Positions 13,492 to 28,289 of a DNA stretch of 64,000 nt are shown piece after piece. The notes beneath the pieces were generated by a model. The model saw only the letters and a program-made list of their open reading frames with translations. It was not told the origin of the DNA and did no database searches. Made by a program: the position numbers and the translations under genes. Positions within the stretch are counted from its first letter, which is position 1. Every line of letters begins with the position of its first letter. Source of the DNA: Chrysomallon squamiferum (taxonomy: Eukaryota > Animalia > Mollusca); assembly GCA_012295275.1 (NCBI GenBank), contig CM022678.1, positions 15,934,001 to 15,998,000 on the forward strand. Direction: 5' to 3'.

Positions 13492-16400
13492 GTAATTATT
13501 TCATTATTAAAGTGTACCTTTGATATTAACAAATGGTCTAAATTCTTCTGAACCTCATGTTATTTAGGTTTTTAGTCATGATCATGAAGCATAACAACAA
13601 GCGTACAGTTTGAAAATATGTGGCAGACGCCATGATTCTGAAATTATGACATCGTTGCATAGATGAATGTCTTTGCTATTATGGCTTTTATGGCTTTATT
13701 GGTTATGAAAAGGTAAAAAGGTAGAATTTATATATTTTGTAAGAATATATTTTTCTTGTTGTGAGTTATACTAATAAGTCATCTGATCCATATAAAAAAA
13801 AGGAAAAAGAAAAGAAAATGATAACATGAAGATATAAGCAAGTATAATTAATTCATGCTGCCACATGAATGCCTTGATAAAACATGGAATTGATTTTATA
13901 ATGTTTTAAGACAGTGATTACAATCAATAATTTAAATATTTCAGTAGTAAAAGATTTTTTTTTGGGGGGGGGGGATTTTTTTATAGTATACTCTTACATA
14001 GAGAGAGAAAAAAAATTGTGTTTGTATTATTATTATAATTATTATTTTATTTTATTTTATGAAGAATTATAATTTTTCAGAACAGTTTACATGGATATTA
14101 ATGGCTAATAATATTTAAGGAAAAAAATTAGGTGAATATCAACACATCACAGATTAAACTGTCCACTCACAAAGAATAATAATATATCAGGACACAACAG
14201 GATTCCCTTATCATTGTCTACATTAATCATAAATAAAAATATGAGAATATTTTAAAATATTTATAGATTAATACTTCTGCATTCTGTCATAAACGTATTT
14301 TAATCATATCAGGCATTGAAAATCTAATATAGACATCTTATACTTGTAATGGATTGATGTTTATGTGCATAACATTAAGACTGTAAAATTAAATTATGTA
14401 TATATATATTATTTTTAAATAGACTTCAGTAAATTTTTGTAATCTTTCAACACTTTTTGCACTAAATTATATATTTTCTGTGAAAAGCATCTTAATTAAC
14501 ATACCACATTTTTTGTACTTAACACTTCAAGCCATTTGGAATAAATTTAGAAATTATTTCTCATTATAATACATAACTGAATTATCTATATTAAAATAAA
14601 TTAAAATAAAAATGGAAAATCACATATCAGTCAGTAGTACATAATGATGTATCACTATGCCTGTTAGTTACTGTCAGAAAAAAAAATAATATTAAGAAAT
14701 AGACAAGTGTGGTAACTGTTCTTTTGTTTTTCAATTTCATTTTTCTTTTGTTTTGTTTGTTAATACTGTGGCTGTTTTTAAAAAAAAAAAAAAAACTCAC
14801 AGTATGTTTGGCTGAGAGCAAAAAACTATTTGCCTAATTGCATAACCCTTTTTGCTGACAAGCTGACCTGGCCCCTAGTTCACAGCATGCTCCTGTAAAA
14901 GTGTGATCAACGGTGATCTATCAAACTCCGCCCACAATCCTATTAATAGCACACGACCTTACAGTATCTATCAGCCTTCGCTGGTCTGCAATGAGGCTGC
15001 AGCTTCGCGAAACAAGTGACTTTTCTAGAGTTTGCTGAAACAACAGAGGAAGACATTTTTCTCAAGTGTTTCTCAAGCCATGTCTGTGGTTTGTATTTAA
15101 CATAATTTCTGTTAGAATGAGGTCTCAGTGTCTGTGTATCTGTATGTTCTGTATATATGTTCATGCTTGTTAGTTGATTCAGTGTTTGGAGATGTTCTCT
15201 TTGTAGATCATGTGATCTCATGTTCTCACTCATTTGGCTTGTTTAAATGTCAGACATCTGAAATTTACTGCTGAAGAACCTTCCTGCAGAAATATTAAAC
15301 TTAAAGTCTCGTCTTAATACATTTGTTAATTATTTAAGGATTCTGAGTTTGGTGAACTGCAGTTAATGAAAAGTTTGGTGTTTAAGTTATTAAGATTGTG
15401 ATTTCGAGTTAACAAGATTAATTTTTTAGTTTTTGGTATTAATACAATTAATATAATTTATAATTCTTTCTTTTTTCTTTCTTTGGACAAAAGTAGTAAA
15501 ATTGTGAGTTTAATTAACTATTAAATTATTATTACATTTTTTAGTTTGAGTTATGAATTGTAATATAAAATTAATACGACATTTAAGATAACATATTAGG
15601 GTTTTGTGCAAAAGTAATAAAATATATATATAATTGTGAGTTTAATCAACTGCAGTTATTAACAAGTTCTGTTTTCAAGTAATTATAAATTATTGTTTTC
15701 TAAGTTTGAATTGACAAGGGTTTTATTTGTTTTGTTTTCCATAATATTGTTTGAAAATTGTTGTTTTTGACAAGTTCTGTCTTTAAGTAACTGTCAAAGT
15801 GCAGCTGGGATTGCAAGTTTGAGTTGTCAAGGTTAGAATTAAAACAATTATAAAGTAGTTTTTTACCATAATCAGCGTAACTATATTATGGTTCAGTTTT
15901 ATCTACAAGTTCTGTTTTAAAGATATTTTTAAATTACATTTGGATAGTGATTTTGAATTGACAGGATTAATGTTTTAGGATTAATTTAATTAAATTCATT
16001 AAATATTTATTTAATAACAAAATTGAGGAGTATTTTTTTTTTTTCCATAGGAAAACTCAGTTATCCAGATTGTGTATTTAGTTAACTGCTGTTATCAGTA
16101 AGTTCTGTCTTGTTGTGGTCATTAAGAAAATTCCCAGTTCCACTTATAAAATGTGTTTTCTGTCTACTGAACTAAAATAATGTTTTTTAAAGTAGGACTT
16201 TTGAACTGCTGTAATTAGTATGTTTATTAAACATTCTGCCTTGATATAAAAAAATACACTGATACAGATACAATATCTTTAGAGTAGCCAAAATAGTGAT
16301 TTTAAAATTTATTTACAAATATCAATGCCCATTTTATGCCAATTAATGCCATTTTATGCCAGTTTATACCATTATGCCTTTTACTTCAGTAGTCATAATA

Positions 16401-19193
16401 TTTAATAATTAGAATTTGGTATTAACTTAATGAGAAAATAGAATACTGAAAAGTGATTGGTTATTTTTCTGAAGTATACACAATGTCATATAATCCAGCA
16501 TCTGAACCAAGCTGATTGATAAAAACAAAATGGCTGCCATTGAGGTTCAATGTTTATCATAATTGCTTCGTCTGTTAATGATGTTTCAAATGACAATTAA
16601 ATAGAAAAACAGTGCGAGTATATTTATTAATCTGTAAATAATTCTGTAATTAATCAATAAATAAATGTAAAATATTTGGATTTTGATAGTTAAGTTTTTA
16701 AAATTGTGACCACAGCTGCAGATATTGAAATTCTGACTTCATTTGATTGCTAAATAATTATTAGCATTTTGGCTTGGAGTTATCAAGGCAGTGTTACGGT
16801 TTTATAGAATTTCTGCATGTTTATCTAACTGGTTAATATAAAATTATATATATATATGTAATTTTTTGGGGGTGGGGGTTATTAGTTATATATAAATTAT
16901 TTCTTAGAGAAACATTTTGTAAATCCTTATTCAAACAGATTTCCAGTCCTAAGCTGATCCTCTGTGGACATTTCTGAATCATAACTGGTGATGTATCATC
17001 TTCCCTTCTTCATTAACTGGTTAAATCTGACTGGGTTCTGATGTTTTCTTTGTTTATCACAAAACGATTTTTTCTCAGCTGTCAGGACTTTGGAAATAGG
17101 ACTGTATAATCTGATGCAGGAGGAAGAATATTCTTAGCTCATACAGCAAGTATTAGTTGGAGCAAATGGATATCTTTATTTTTATTATTAAGTTTATTAT
17201 CAGTATGTATAATTTGTTCCATTTGTGAAGTAGATAAGCGTAGATGAGAGGAGTGTACTGTCTGGATGAATAAGGAAAACGTAGCTGGGTGACTGAAGGA
17301 TGTTCAGCTGAAAAATGTGTGAATTGGAATCAGATGTTTTAAATTCTGTTGTTTCCATTTATCTTTAAATCTTTAGCATCAAGAGGTCATTACAGCATTC
17401 AGTCTAATCTTCTGTTTGCTAAGTTATGTTTTTACAACAGTTATAGAGTGTCATGAATAATAATGATCATATCAGAGTAATCAACGTGTCATTTTTATTT
17501 TTTTACTAGCCAGCACTGTAATTATGAGCATGTACACCATTTGATCATAACAGCATTCAGACCAGTTTTCAGTATCCTGAATTCTAATATTGCTTGAATA
17601 TGTCTAAACTCCTCTTTAAAGTATTTCATAATGGCATTCAGTTTACTTGCATAAACATGAGAAAGAGAAAAGTAAAGATCAGAAACAAATATATATTGAA
17701 TTTAGCAAACCACAGACAGTTGTGTAAACAAATTTTAAGCATATGTCTTTACTGCTTGTTCATTTAGTGTGTATATAGCCACCATATTGTTCTTTATAAA
17801 ACTGAATTACCCCTGTTATCATAGCTGAAGAACAACACAAACTTATATTATTATTACTATAGATTGATTTATAGTTTATTATTTTAAAATGTATTTGAGG
17901 CTTACTGCACACAACATATAACCAGTTAAGCTAAATACTGCAACAGTAAATCTTATCATGTAACTTGATAATTAATTATAAGGAAATTATTATTTTATAA
18001 CCCATTGTTCAAAAATATTTCCTATTCTAAGCTGCATTCTGTATAGAGGTTATGTTGAATGTATTAATCAGTTTTATACCATTGTGATTGGGTTTGTAAT
18101 AGGTATCAGAAACAAGAATATCTTTATATTTCAGATAGTTTATTTAAAAATAAAGATAATTTATTTTCTGTCTATAACCAATTCAGGTTAACTAATAAGT
18201 GGATAGTCCAATTTTCCTAAACTAAAGATAGTTTTATTGGCTAGAGAACATTCTGTACCCAATCTGAAATAAGAATCTAGGATATAAATTTGTGTTGTAT
18301 AGAAAAATATTAATTTATTATCTATTATGAAGTTGTATCTGTTCCTTTCTGTTTTAATATGAATTTATTACCTGTTAGTTTTATCACATTCCATCCAATG
18401 CTGTATATTTATATATTTATTATGTTTGCTCAGTTGAGCACTGATAAAAAAATATCTCAGATGCTTTTGGTTTCAAAGCTTTTCCAGATTATCAGGTTTT
18501 TTTATTTCCTTTTTTCATATCCAAATGAGGTCACATAATAATAATTTAACAATATATATATATAAATCTTAACTGTCTCTAAAGCACCATGTACTGTTAG
18601 AAAAGTTATTTTATAATTTATGTAATATATACATTCTTTTTTTAGTATATAATGTACCTATTGTTGCTGACTTAACAAGAATAAAACGACTATTAAAAAA
18701 GAGATTAAATGTAAAAAGTAAGAATAATAAAATTCATCAATATAAATGTGTATTAATAAAATCAAATATTAATTTTGAAATAAAAAATATATTAGTTAAT
18801 GAAATTCAAATGTCAGGTACTTAAATAATTCATTTTGAAAAAGGTTCTAGACCATCATTGTCTGGAAAATCAATTGAGTATTAGTATTTGACTCAATATC
18901 TGCCACAGGTCTATAAATACTGCTGTTTATATATACATTTGGAATACTGTTTATTATCATAGACACATTTTTCAATTAATGCCTTGTTAATTAATTAAAA
19001 GTAAAACAAATTTGAAAGGTAATGCTAGTGATTTTTTCTTTTTTTTTTCAATTTTTTTTCATCATGGATGAATGCCAAAATCACGTTTAACAAAAAGGTT
19101 ACAGACTGTTGACATTTTTTTCAACTATCTGTTTACATATCCATATATAGAAGTGTGAGAGAAAATGTCAATAAACTCTTTGAGATACTTCTT

Positions 19194-19226
<33 letters not shown>

Positions 19227-19387
19227 CATGGAGGGTATTCTCAACAATATGTTGTACTTAAACTGAAATCTCAGTTGTTCAGAAATTTTCTGTAGATTCC
19301 GGCTGTTTTATTATTTTAAATTAGTTGTCAACATCTACAACTATGTTGAATTGAATTTTTAATACTAGTAAATAAATATACAAGTAC

Positions 19388-19389
<2 letters not shown>

Positions 19390-19436
<47 letters not shown>
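19390..19436. repeat. (GA)n microsatellite
   Basis: Perfect dinucleotide run. Confidence 0.95.
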
Positions 19437-19439
<3 letters not shown>

Positions 19440-22400
19440 TGATATTGTAGAATACCAGTTACTAGAATCTTGATTAAAATTTATTCACTACAGATTCATT
19501 ATTTTGCTTTCTTTCTTTCTTTCTTTTCTATTTTTATTGTAGTAAATAAACTTGAAATAAATTCACTCGTTGTTCAGACATAAAAATTATAATTTTCTTC
19601 ATTATATATTTATAGTGTGTAGTGTAGTGTAGTGTAGTGTATATAAACTCACATTTTTATATTTTTATATAATACATACTGTTGCTGAAATTTATATAAC
19701 AAAAACAAGTCACCCAAGAAGAAAATGACTGTTAAAAACACTATTGACAGTAACAGTAACAATAATAATAATATTACTAATATTTTAATTTAGGTAACAT
19801 TAATTATTTTGTTATTTCATAAGCATGTGCTAAAAAAAGAAAGAAAGAAAGAAAATAAAGAAAAAAATTAAAAATTAAAAATAATAATAATAATAATAAA
19901 TTAAACAAAAAAGTTAAAAAATGGTTAAAGAGCAACGTGTCAATTATTATTATTATTTGCTGTTATTTGTAGACATTACTACCACTTTTCTGTGACCATA
20001 GCTTGCACATGACATTGAACTTATTTGACATCACACATCATTTTGTGAGCTTGATGATGATTTCAATGCAGGTTAGAAAGTTACTGCAAATACAATTAAA
20101 ATCTTTGTCATTTCAACACAGAATTTTGTAGGCTTCTTATACCAAGTGGGTTTTAAACAATAGGCAAACATGATTTTTCATTCTGTTGTACAAGGGCAAG
20201 GTTTAAAAAAAAAAAAAATATATATATTATTATTATATTACTAAATAATGAATATACGAGAAAGGGTAATAACTAATTAAAAATATATCGATAATTCAAA
20301 ATGATTGAGAGGTAAAATTACTCGACAGCTTTAATCTGTTTTCCATTTGTATAAGAAATGGGTGGGAAAATGTTTTGCATGATCTGTGTTCAGTGAAAGA
20401 CAATAACTGTTGATGGTGAGCCAGCTAAAACACAAGTAGTACATGAGTGGTCTCTCTGCATAGAACTGCATAATAGGAAAAAAGAAGAGTTAAATGGTTT
20501 CCTTTGAAAACTGTCAAGTTCTTGAAATTCAGTGACAGAAACCTGTAAATGTGTTTTGGGTTTTTATCATTAAAAAGGAATAAAATAATTTAAAAATCTT
20601 TAGTAGTAATAATATCACACAGATTATGTAACACTGTTGCCATGACAACAGCATTTTTCTGCAACAAACTATAGAAAAACATAACAGAAGACTGAGGTTG
20701 TTAATTTTTATCACTTCTCACCTTTGTATATGAAATTATTTGTTTGGTTTTAATATTATAAGCATGTCATTAGTCCTAGCATTATCAAACTTTTTTTTCT
20801 TTGCATCATTTTATTATAATTACAAACAGCTATATTTAATTAGGTATCGACTTTGCCAAGGAATTTGAATTTGTGTAGCTGATTTAAGATTGAACATCTG
20901 AAAGAAATTGCATCAGTTTTATAAATACTAACACAGGTTAGTAAAAAATAAATAAATTAATTAATTTCACGTCTGAACAGTAGCTGTGTGTGTGTGTGTG
21001 TTTTGCTTGTTGCCTTCAGGCAGTCAAGTGATGGGATTGGATCCTGCTGTCACCTGTTACACAAAACTAATTAGAATGTGTCACTGTTTGTGTTTGTGTA
21101 TGTGTGTGAGGGGGGAAGTTATTTAAAATATATCTTCAACTAATCAGTTAGAATGTCAAAGGCCATGCTAATTTATAACTGGATATATGGGAAGGTGCAT
21201 TTAAAAGCTTCCTTGTGGCTAAGTAATAAAAATTAAGAAAGGTCTTTTTATGGATTGGTTAAAAATATGTTGTTGCTAATTCAAAATAAAACAGTTTCAA
21301 GGTAATGCTAAAAAGTTAAAAATAATTTTATGAATACAAAAAAAAAAAATTTGATTTGAAAATGTAAGCATTAAGAAAAAAAATAAGTTATGTTCTGAAA
21401 AATCAATATCTTTTAAAATGTGGCAAAAACTATTCCTTCTTTTTCTGTTGAGTATTAAAAAATTGTTATATTTTCATGTTTTTTTTTTTTTTTTTTTTTT
21501 TTTAAATGAAGTTTCTTGTATCAGTTACAAAATAAGAACTCATAGAATTGATTTCTGAAGTGTAGCTGTATAGCTATGATTATTTATAATTTGACAAACT
21601 GGCTTATTTCACTGGTGTCTGCCAGTGAGGCAGTTTGTATTGCTTTTTGCTAATTCTGCCCTGTCTTCATTGCAGATGCCAACCACTAAATCAATAATTT
21701 GCATGTTATTTCTGAAATATCAGGAGAACATCTACAAAAAGTACTTCAAATATCTGTCATTGGAGGTTTCAAATGATGCTGCTTCTATTTTGTTTTCAGA
21801 ATTATTGTGTCATGTATGAAAAGACACTTTCATCTATGAATCAGTCACATTTTATAAATATCTGCTTGTCTATGATGCTAAGATAATGGAAACCATAAAT
21901 ATATAATTTTGTTAACATTTCCTATATTTTATTTAAAGGCAAATATTTTTTTTTTTTTTAATTTTCATTTAATAAGAGCCAGTTACACTGAGATAATAAT
22001 AACAGGTGAAAGTGTAGAAACTCTAATTGCCATGTTTTACCTGGTGCGAAAAGATCAATGGGTAGCAGTAGCGTAAACATGTAGTTAACACATTTATATT
22101 TACTCATTTGTAGATCAAGCAGATGGAAACCATTTTAGACATGACTTAACTCATGAAAAAAATGTTTTAAATTTTATAGAGAAAAAAGTTTTACATAAAT
22201 TTGGTTATTTTGAAAAAAATGTTTTATAAGTACCGATTTGTAATCACAAAATATAGCTGAAAAGTACTAGGGTTCCCTAGGTTTTAAATTTAAAATATTT
22301 GTGTTAAAAAGGTTAAAACAGGTCTAATAACAATTATTTTATATTTCAGTAACTACTTCAAAACCTTTTGGAAAATGCTGTTTAAATAAGGTTAAAAAAT

Positions 22401-23991
22401 ATGTTATTGAAACAGGAAAGTTTGCTTTTTTCTAGACTATGACAGCGGTGTATCAAATTTATATGTCAGCTATTTTTAGATAACATGATTTTTACCTTTT
22501 AACACCTGTTTTTTTTTTTTTCAGTTCACATTTTGTCAGTGTTAAATAAGTAATCAGTCAAATAATGAATTGCTGTTGTTCTTAGTATTCAAGTAAAGTT
22601 TTAAATTACATATCGATGTTTTTCATTTAGATTTACATTTTGATAAATTTTACAGAATATTTATTATGTCTACATTTTATTTCATCAATATTTATTTATT
22701 TACTGAAATACTGATTTGATATATATTCTTTTTTATGTTTTACCTTGCATTATTTAATTTTAAATTTAAAGGAATTTCATTCTTGTTCAGATCATAAAAG
22801 AAATCAGCTGGGATGAATATTGTTTGAAATAGTTTAAATTATACATCACTTATTATAATCATCCATTATACTGGTCTAGATAATTTAAATAAAACTTTAT
22901 TAACTCCTTTGTTGTGTGTAAATATGTTTATTCAGTTTGGCTGCAGTAGTGCGAGCCCTCTGGCCTGGCATTTTGTCTAAAATATGTTGCCAACTGACTG
23001 ACTCATCATCCATGTTCCAGGGCCTGTGCTATTTATAGCATCAAGACAACCTAATCACATTGGTATTAAGAATCAAGTGATTGTGTTCATTGTGAGGCTT
23101 TGTTTTATTTGAATGACAAGTCACTTGTAATGAAAATGTACTAAAGGTGAATGTGCTTGTATGTTTAAACTTTTAAAAATTTCTTAATATCACTTATCCA
23201 CAACAGTGTTGTACATAATGTTTTTGACATCTTGTTTTCTGTGACCTTGAACTTCATCTCTGAGAAGAGCTGGGGGAAAATTGCAGTGTCAGGATATTGT
23301 TTCAATATTTGTGAACTTTTAACAGTTTTTAAGTTATAATATATATTATATTTAGTAAGGTGATAATTTATCAGACATTTTGATTTTATAATAATAATAA
23401 TTATAATAAATACAAATTAGTCTGATATGATAACCTATATTGGTTTATTTTCATGGATGTTCATTCTGTTTAATTAGTCTAAAAAAACAAACACATTTAC
23501 CATGGGTTTTTATTTATTTATTTATTTATTTATTATTATTATATTTTTATTTCATTAGCAGACAAGCATTCAATTTTTTAAATATTTATTTCTGCATTAC
23601 ACACTATGATTTTAAATCAAAATGTTAGTTTTATAAGAATTATTTTTATAACCACCTTTACAATACGCAACACAAAACACAAAAACACAGCACACGTAAC
23701 ATGCACATACAAATGTATAAAAGCAAATACATGTTGTTTCTGCTTTATAATTTAACAGATAATGTTCTGTTGTTTTTATCGATAATACTTTCTGATTATT
23801 GCATTTTCTTCTGAGCTTTATGATACAGTTTCAAATACATTTTAAAACAGTGTTATTATTATTGTTGTTGTTGTTATTATTAGCACTTATATTTTTTTTA
23901 TTTTTGGCTAAAAGAACCATACTTATTATTGCTAGCCAGTTTATAAACCAGTATGAAAACATATTTTAAGTTTTTATTTATTTAATTTCAG

Positions 23992-24037
23992 CCAGTGATG
24001 AGTTTGAAGAAAGGAATGCGAGGGTCAAAGTCAAAAG
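23992..24037 (+). CDS. ZMYND8: ZMYND8-like N-terminal exon
   Basis: tttcag|PVMSLKKGMRGSKSK|gtgagg; 46 nt, phase 0->1. Confidence 0.7.
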
Positions 24038-24329
24038 GTGAGGTTACTAGATCACTTTAAACAGCTGCGTGGCAAAAATGTTTAAATTTGTGGTAAAATA
24101 GATTTGTTTAAAAACAAAGAAAAAAAAGAAGTCATACATACATACATACATATTTGCTTAAGAAGAAATACTGATAGTATGAATTTAATTAAAGTTGGTA
24201 ATTTTTCTTGTTTTTTTTATTAATTTTTTTTTTTTTTTTTTAATATTATTTGAAATACTCAAAGCAAGCATGTAAGACCATATAACACAGTTGCAGAAAA
24301 CTAATAAAAAACCAAACATTTTGCGACAG

Positions 24330-24470
24330 ATGAATTCGCCGTTGGAGGTAAAGGGATTCGAACCCGGCTCTCTACTGGTACAATTCATGTGAGTGGCACA
24401 CAGACATTTAAAGACGTCAGATGTATGGACTCCCCAGAGGGAATGAAAACCCCCACACAGAAAGGACAAG
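24330..24470 (+). CDS. ZMYND8: ZMYND8-like N-terminal exon
   Basis: Open frame DEFAVGGKGIRTRLSTGTIHVSGTQTFKDVRCMDSPEGMKTPTQKGQ; 141 nt, phase 1->1. Confidence 0.75.
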
Positions 24471-24989
24471 GTAAAAATAAATGTGGTACCAGTGTCACTA
24501 AAGTTTTGTGATTATGGTTGTTGTTATAATAAAATAATAATGTTAATTGTTATTATTATTGTTGTTATTATTTATAATCAATATTATTTGTTTTATTAAC
24601 CCTGTATTAAATGTTAATTTTACGGAAATAATTTTATGGTATCTGATTCACCTAGATAATTTATATATATTCCTAATTTATATATATTCCTGCTGCAGAG
24701 TTTTAAGAAATATTTTATTTACCTTTTCATTAGTTATTTTAAGACTATTTTGTTTGAAATAAATAAACTTGTTGATCTTCTTTATTACTTATTTTTCAAG
24801 TTATTTTAAAATCCTTTTTTTTTTTATATATATCTTTACCTTTTCTTTATTGATTTTAAATGCTTTTATTTATTTCATTTTCTATAAAAAAAATTTTGCT
24901 AATTATAAGCTTCTTAGTACAGGCTGCATCCACTGATAATGTTGATTATTAAGTTGATAATATAACTCACTGTGCTCTATTTGTCTCAG

Positions 24990-25117
24990 GAGATGCATTT
25001 TCAAGTTCTTCAGGGCAGAAACATAGAATTCGGGAGACTCCAGGTGCTGCCACTGAAAGCTGGCAAGGACCACCTCCGAAAAAAAGAAAAATAGGAAAGA
25101 ATGATGGGTCAGGAGAG
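24990..25117 (+). CDS. ZMYND8: ZMYND8-like exon with NLS (PPPKKRKI)
   Basis: GDAFSSSSGQKHRIRETPGAATESWQGPPPKKRKIGKNDGSGE; phase 1->0 into PHD exon. Confidence 0.85.
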
Positions 25118-25566
25118 GTAGTGTAACATTTTGTGAAATTAATCTTTGAGATATTTATACTTGTAATCAATATGGCAAGGAAATAAAATATCTATATTTA
25201 GATATTCTTAATAATGTATTCAAGAAGGAAAGGTAATATTAAATGAAATTAGATATTTTAATATTTACTTACAAAGGAACTGGGAAGTGATATAATGATT
25301 TGTGAAACTGTATTAAGAGGAGAAATAATGGAGGATGGATATATGTGAAATTACAAGTTTTCTGTTTACGACAAGCTGGATAGGTATTATTAATAAAATG
25401 TTTGTGGAATTATCTTTAGGAATATTAATACTCTTTAGGAATATTAATGGATTGATTCAATGAGGTAATTTAATATTTGTGAAATTTGAGGTTTTTTATA
25501 CTTAAAATAATAATAATAATAATAATTTCTAGAGTTGTTTTTACACAATTTTTTGTTCATTCCCAG

Positions 25567-25710
25567 GATAATAAAAATGACTACTTCTGTTGGGTGTGTC
25601 ACAAGGATGGTCTGATGGTCTGTTGTGAAATCTGTCCCAGGGTCTACCATGCCAAGTGTCTTAATGTTGAAGATGACCTCCCTTCAGACTGGGTGTGTCC
25701 AGAGTGTGAG
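25567..25710 (+). CDS. ZMYND8: ZMYND8-like PHD finger exon
   Basis: [48 protein letters not shown] (C4HC3, ZMYND8-type NDxxCWVCH...[10 protein letters not shown]). Confidence 0.97.
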
Positions 25711-26307
25711 GTAAAAAAAAAAAAATTTTTTTTTTTTTTAATGGTACAGAGAGTGTCAATACTTAATATTAATAAATGATTTACAAATGCAGTGGAGTGT
25801 TGAGGTCTTTACTAGTCATAAATAAAAAATATGTTTAAAGTATTGATATTATTGTATTTTCAGTACTGACCCTTAACTGTATAAATGATGTTATTTAGTC
25901 ATAAATAAAAACTGTATAAAAGTGTTAGCACTCCAGTTTTATTAGTATGTGGTGTCATAAATTAAAATGTTGAATATATTAAGTATGTTTTTATGTCATT
26001 AACTGTATTTTTGTTTTTATAAATACAAATTGTGTAAAAGGAGTTAATGCTGCAGTTTTATTAGCTGTATATATGGTGTAATAAAATAAACATTGAATAT
26101 ATTAATTAACTGCATCATGAGCTCTTAATTGTATGTTTATTTTACTGTATTTGTGATGCCAAATAGTCATTGTTTAAAATATGTGTTGAATAGCCTTGAC
26201 CAAATGTATGCTATGTAGCCATATATATATATATATATATAAAAAATGTTTTGAGGTCAGTAAAATATATTTTTTCTTTTTTTTTTTTTTTTTTTCTTCC
26301 CTGACAG

Positions 26308-26424
26308 AGAATAATGAGAGCTGAGTGTATTGATACCCAGTCAAAGGCAATGAAGATGATAACCCTGGACTTGTTGTGTTTTCTACTCAAGTTTACCCTG
26401 GAACGAATGAAAAGTTGTCCAGAT
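26308..26424 (+). CDS. ZMYND8: ZMYND8-like PHD-bromodomain linker/alpha-Z exon
   Basis: RIMRAECIDTQSKAMKMITLDLLCFLLKFTLERMKSCPD (AECI.TQSKAM is ZMYND8-diagnostic). Confidence 0.96.
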
Positions 26425-26824
26425 GTAAGTTTTATGAGGTCTTAGATACTTTACAAAAAGGGTAAAATAATGTTAAAAAGAAAGATTTTTATAGATTAAG
26501 CAATGTTTAGTTTTGAATTGAAAATGTCAATCAGCAAATATTTCTTTACCTTCTTAAATTTTATATAATTTATTTAAATAAATCTTCTGCATTCAAGAGG
26601 ATAGGCACAAATTATTTGATTTATCAAATTAATTGTTATCAAATACACACTTTCATTGTATGTTTTCTATGTTTGTTTTTTGTGGTTTTAATATATTTTG
26701 TTTATTAAAGATGTTTTATTATAATTAATGTTATAGTAGTGAGTTTTTAATTCTATTTATAATTTTGTCTAGATGAAAACTAACTGAAATTCATTTTTAA
26801 AGTATTCTTATGTATCACTTACAG

Positions 26825-26917
26825 TCTGAAGTGTTCATGAATGATGTTGATCCAAAAGAAGTTCCAAATTACACAGACTATGTGTTTCATCCCATGACTC
26901 TCTCACAGATGGAAAAG
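26825..26917 (+). CDS. ZMYND8: ZMYND8-like bromodomain ZA-loop exon
   Basis: SEVFMNDVDPKEVPNYTDYVFHPMTLSQMEK. Confidence 0.95.
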
Positions 26918-27336
26918 GTAAAAAAAATAATATTTCCTTTGGGTTTATTTTTGATAGAAAAAAAATATGATTTTAAATGGATTATAGATATAGTTTTTGT
27001 AAAAGCTAGGACCTATGAAAAATGCTATCATCCATTTACTAAATCAGTATAACATCAGAAGTTGATAAATTCATTAGGAGTAATTTTAAAAACACAATAA
27101 TCCCTGTAAATCAACATTTTAAATATTTTAAATGTATTTTGTTTTATTTTATTTTTCATACAGAATTCGTATCAAAACTTTTCATTTTATCAATTCTTAC
27201 CTTGTTTTATGATCTATTATTTCTGTTTTCACTTTTCTGAAGTTAAATATAAGCTTCTTTTTTAAAAAAAATATTCACAAGATCTAAATACATTTTTTTT
27301 TTACTTTGGATTACAAGTTTTGCATGTGTTTTTCAG

Positions 27337-27424
27337 AACATAAAAAGAAAGCTGTATGGAAGTACAGATGCATTCTTAGCTGACGCTAAGTGGATTTTAC
27401 ACAACTCGTATGTTTTTAATGGAA
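27337..27424 (+). CDS. ZMYND8: ZMYND8-like bromodomain alpha-B exon
   Basis: [29 protein letters not shown]; acetyl-lysine-binding Asn retained; ends phase 1. Confidence 0.96.
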
Positions 27425-28162
27425 GTGAGTATCTTCAGTGATCTTTGCTTTGTTTAACACTTTACACTCTAACATTGAAGTAAGGAAATTTAACACTATG
27501 TACAGTTTCTGATACATCTGGCATAACTGTGTAGAAATTCATCCTTTGAGAAATAATATTTTTTGTCTCAGCATTTGAGAACATTGGTTAAAAACTGGCA
27601 TGAAGCATGTATACAGTGTACTAGAAAACATCAAGTGAAAAGAGTTAATTAGGTTACTGAGACTGATTTTTATAATTTCTTTCTATTGTAGGATAAAAGT
27701 ATTATAAGGAAAAATGTGTGAATTTATCAATGAGAAAATTTGTTTTGCTGGTCACACATGTAATGTGATAATTAGATGTTGGACTTAACCAGTGACTGTA
27801 TTCTCCATTGTTATTGATTAAAATAGTGGGGAAACATGTTATTGCTCTGTATTTGGCTAGGGCTTACAATGAAAGTGTGTGTGTGTGTGTGTGTGTTTTC
27901 TGTGCCTCTGTCTACATCTGGCTATGTTCATGTATATGTCTGTGTGTCAGTATTTACTCTGAAAGTGTCAAGTTCTCTGTGGAATGTCAGTGTGTGTGTG
28001 TGGGGGGGGATGTTTGCATGTTTGATTATATCTTATAATATAATCTTGTTTGCTTATTTTGTTTAACTATTTTTTTTTACTTCAGTGTGGGGGGACATCA
28101 ACATGTTTGATTATATTGAAATAATATAAACATTGTTTGTTTATTTTGCATTTAACTTTTTT

Positions 28163-28289
28163 TTGAAAATCTGTAAACATGAGGTAGGTTATTTCAGACA
28201 TCAACAGCAAAGAGTTTGAAAATCTGTAAACATGAGGTAGGTTATTTCAGCATTACAGCTAACAGAGTTTGAAAATCTGTAAACATGAG
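28163..28289 (+). CDS. ZMYND8: ZMYND8-like bromodomain alpha-C exon, 3' half only, present in three tandem copies (boundaries unresolved)
   Basis: LKICKHE|gtaggt repeated with donors after 28183, 28236 and 28289; expected 5' part (about xNHKLT) not found intact; only frame-compatible option seen is 28208-28236. Confidence 0.6.

Noticed and set aside
15340-16110. Recurrent AACTGCAGTTATTAACAAGTTCTG-like motifs as a structured element
   Set aside because: Looks like an old degenerate tandem repeat; unit and boundaries cannot be defined reliably by eye.
24343-24400. tRNA-like B box (minus strand GGGTTCGAATCCC...CTCCA)
   Set aside because: T-stem pairs only 3 bp, no A box or cloverleaf, and it lies inside an in-frame ZMYND8 exon on the other strand.
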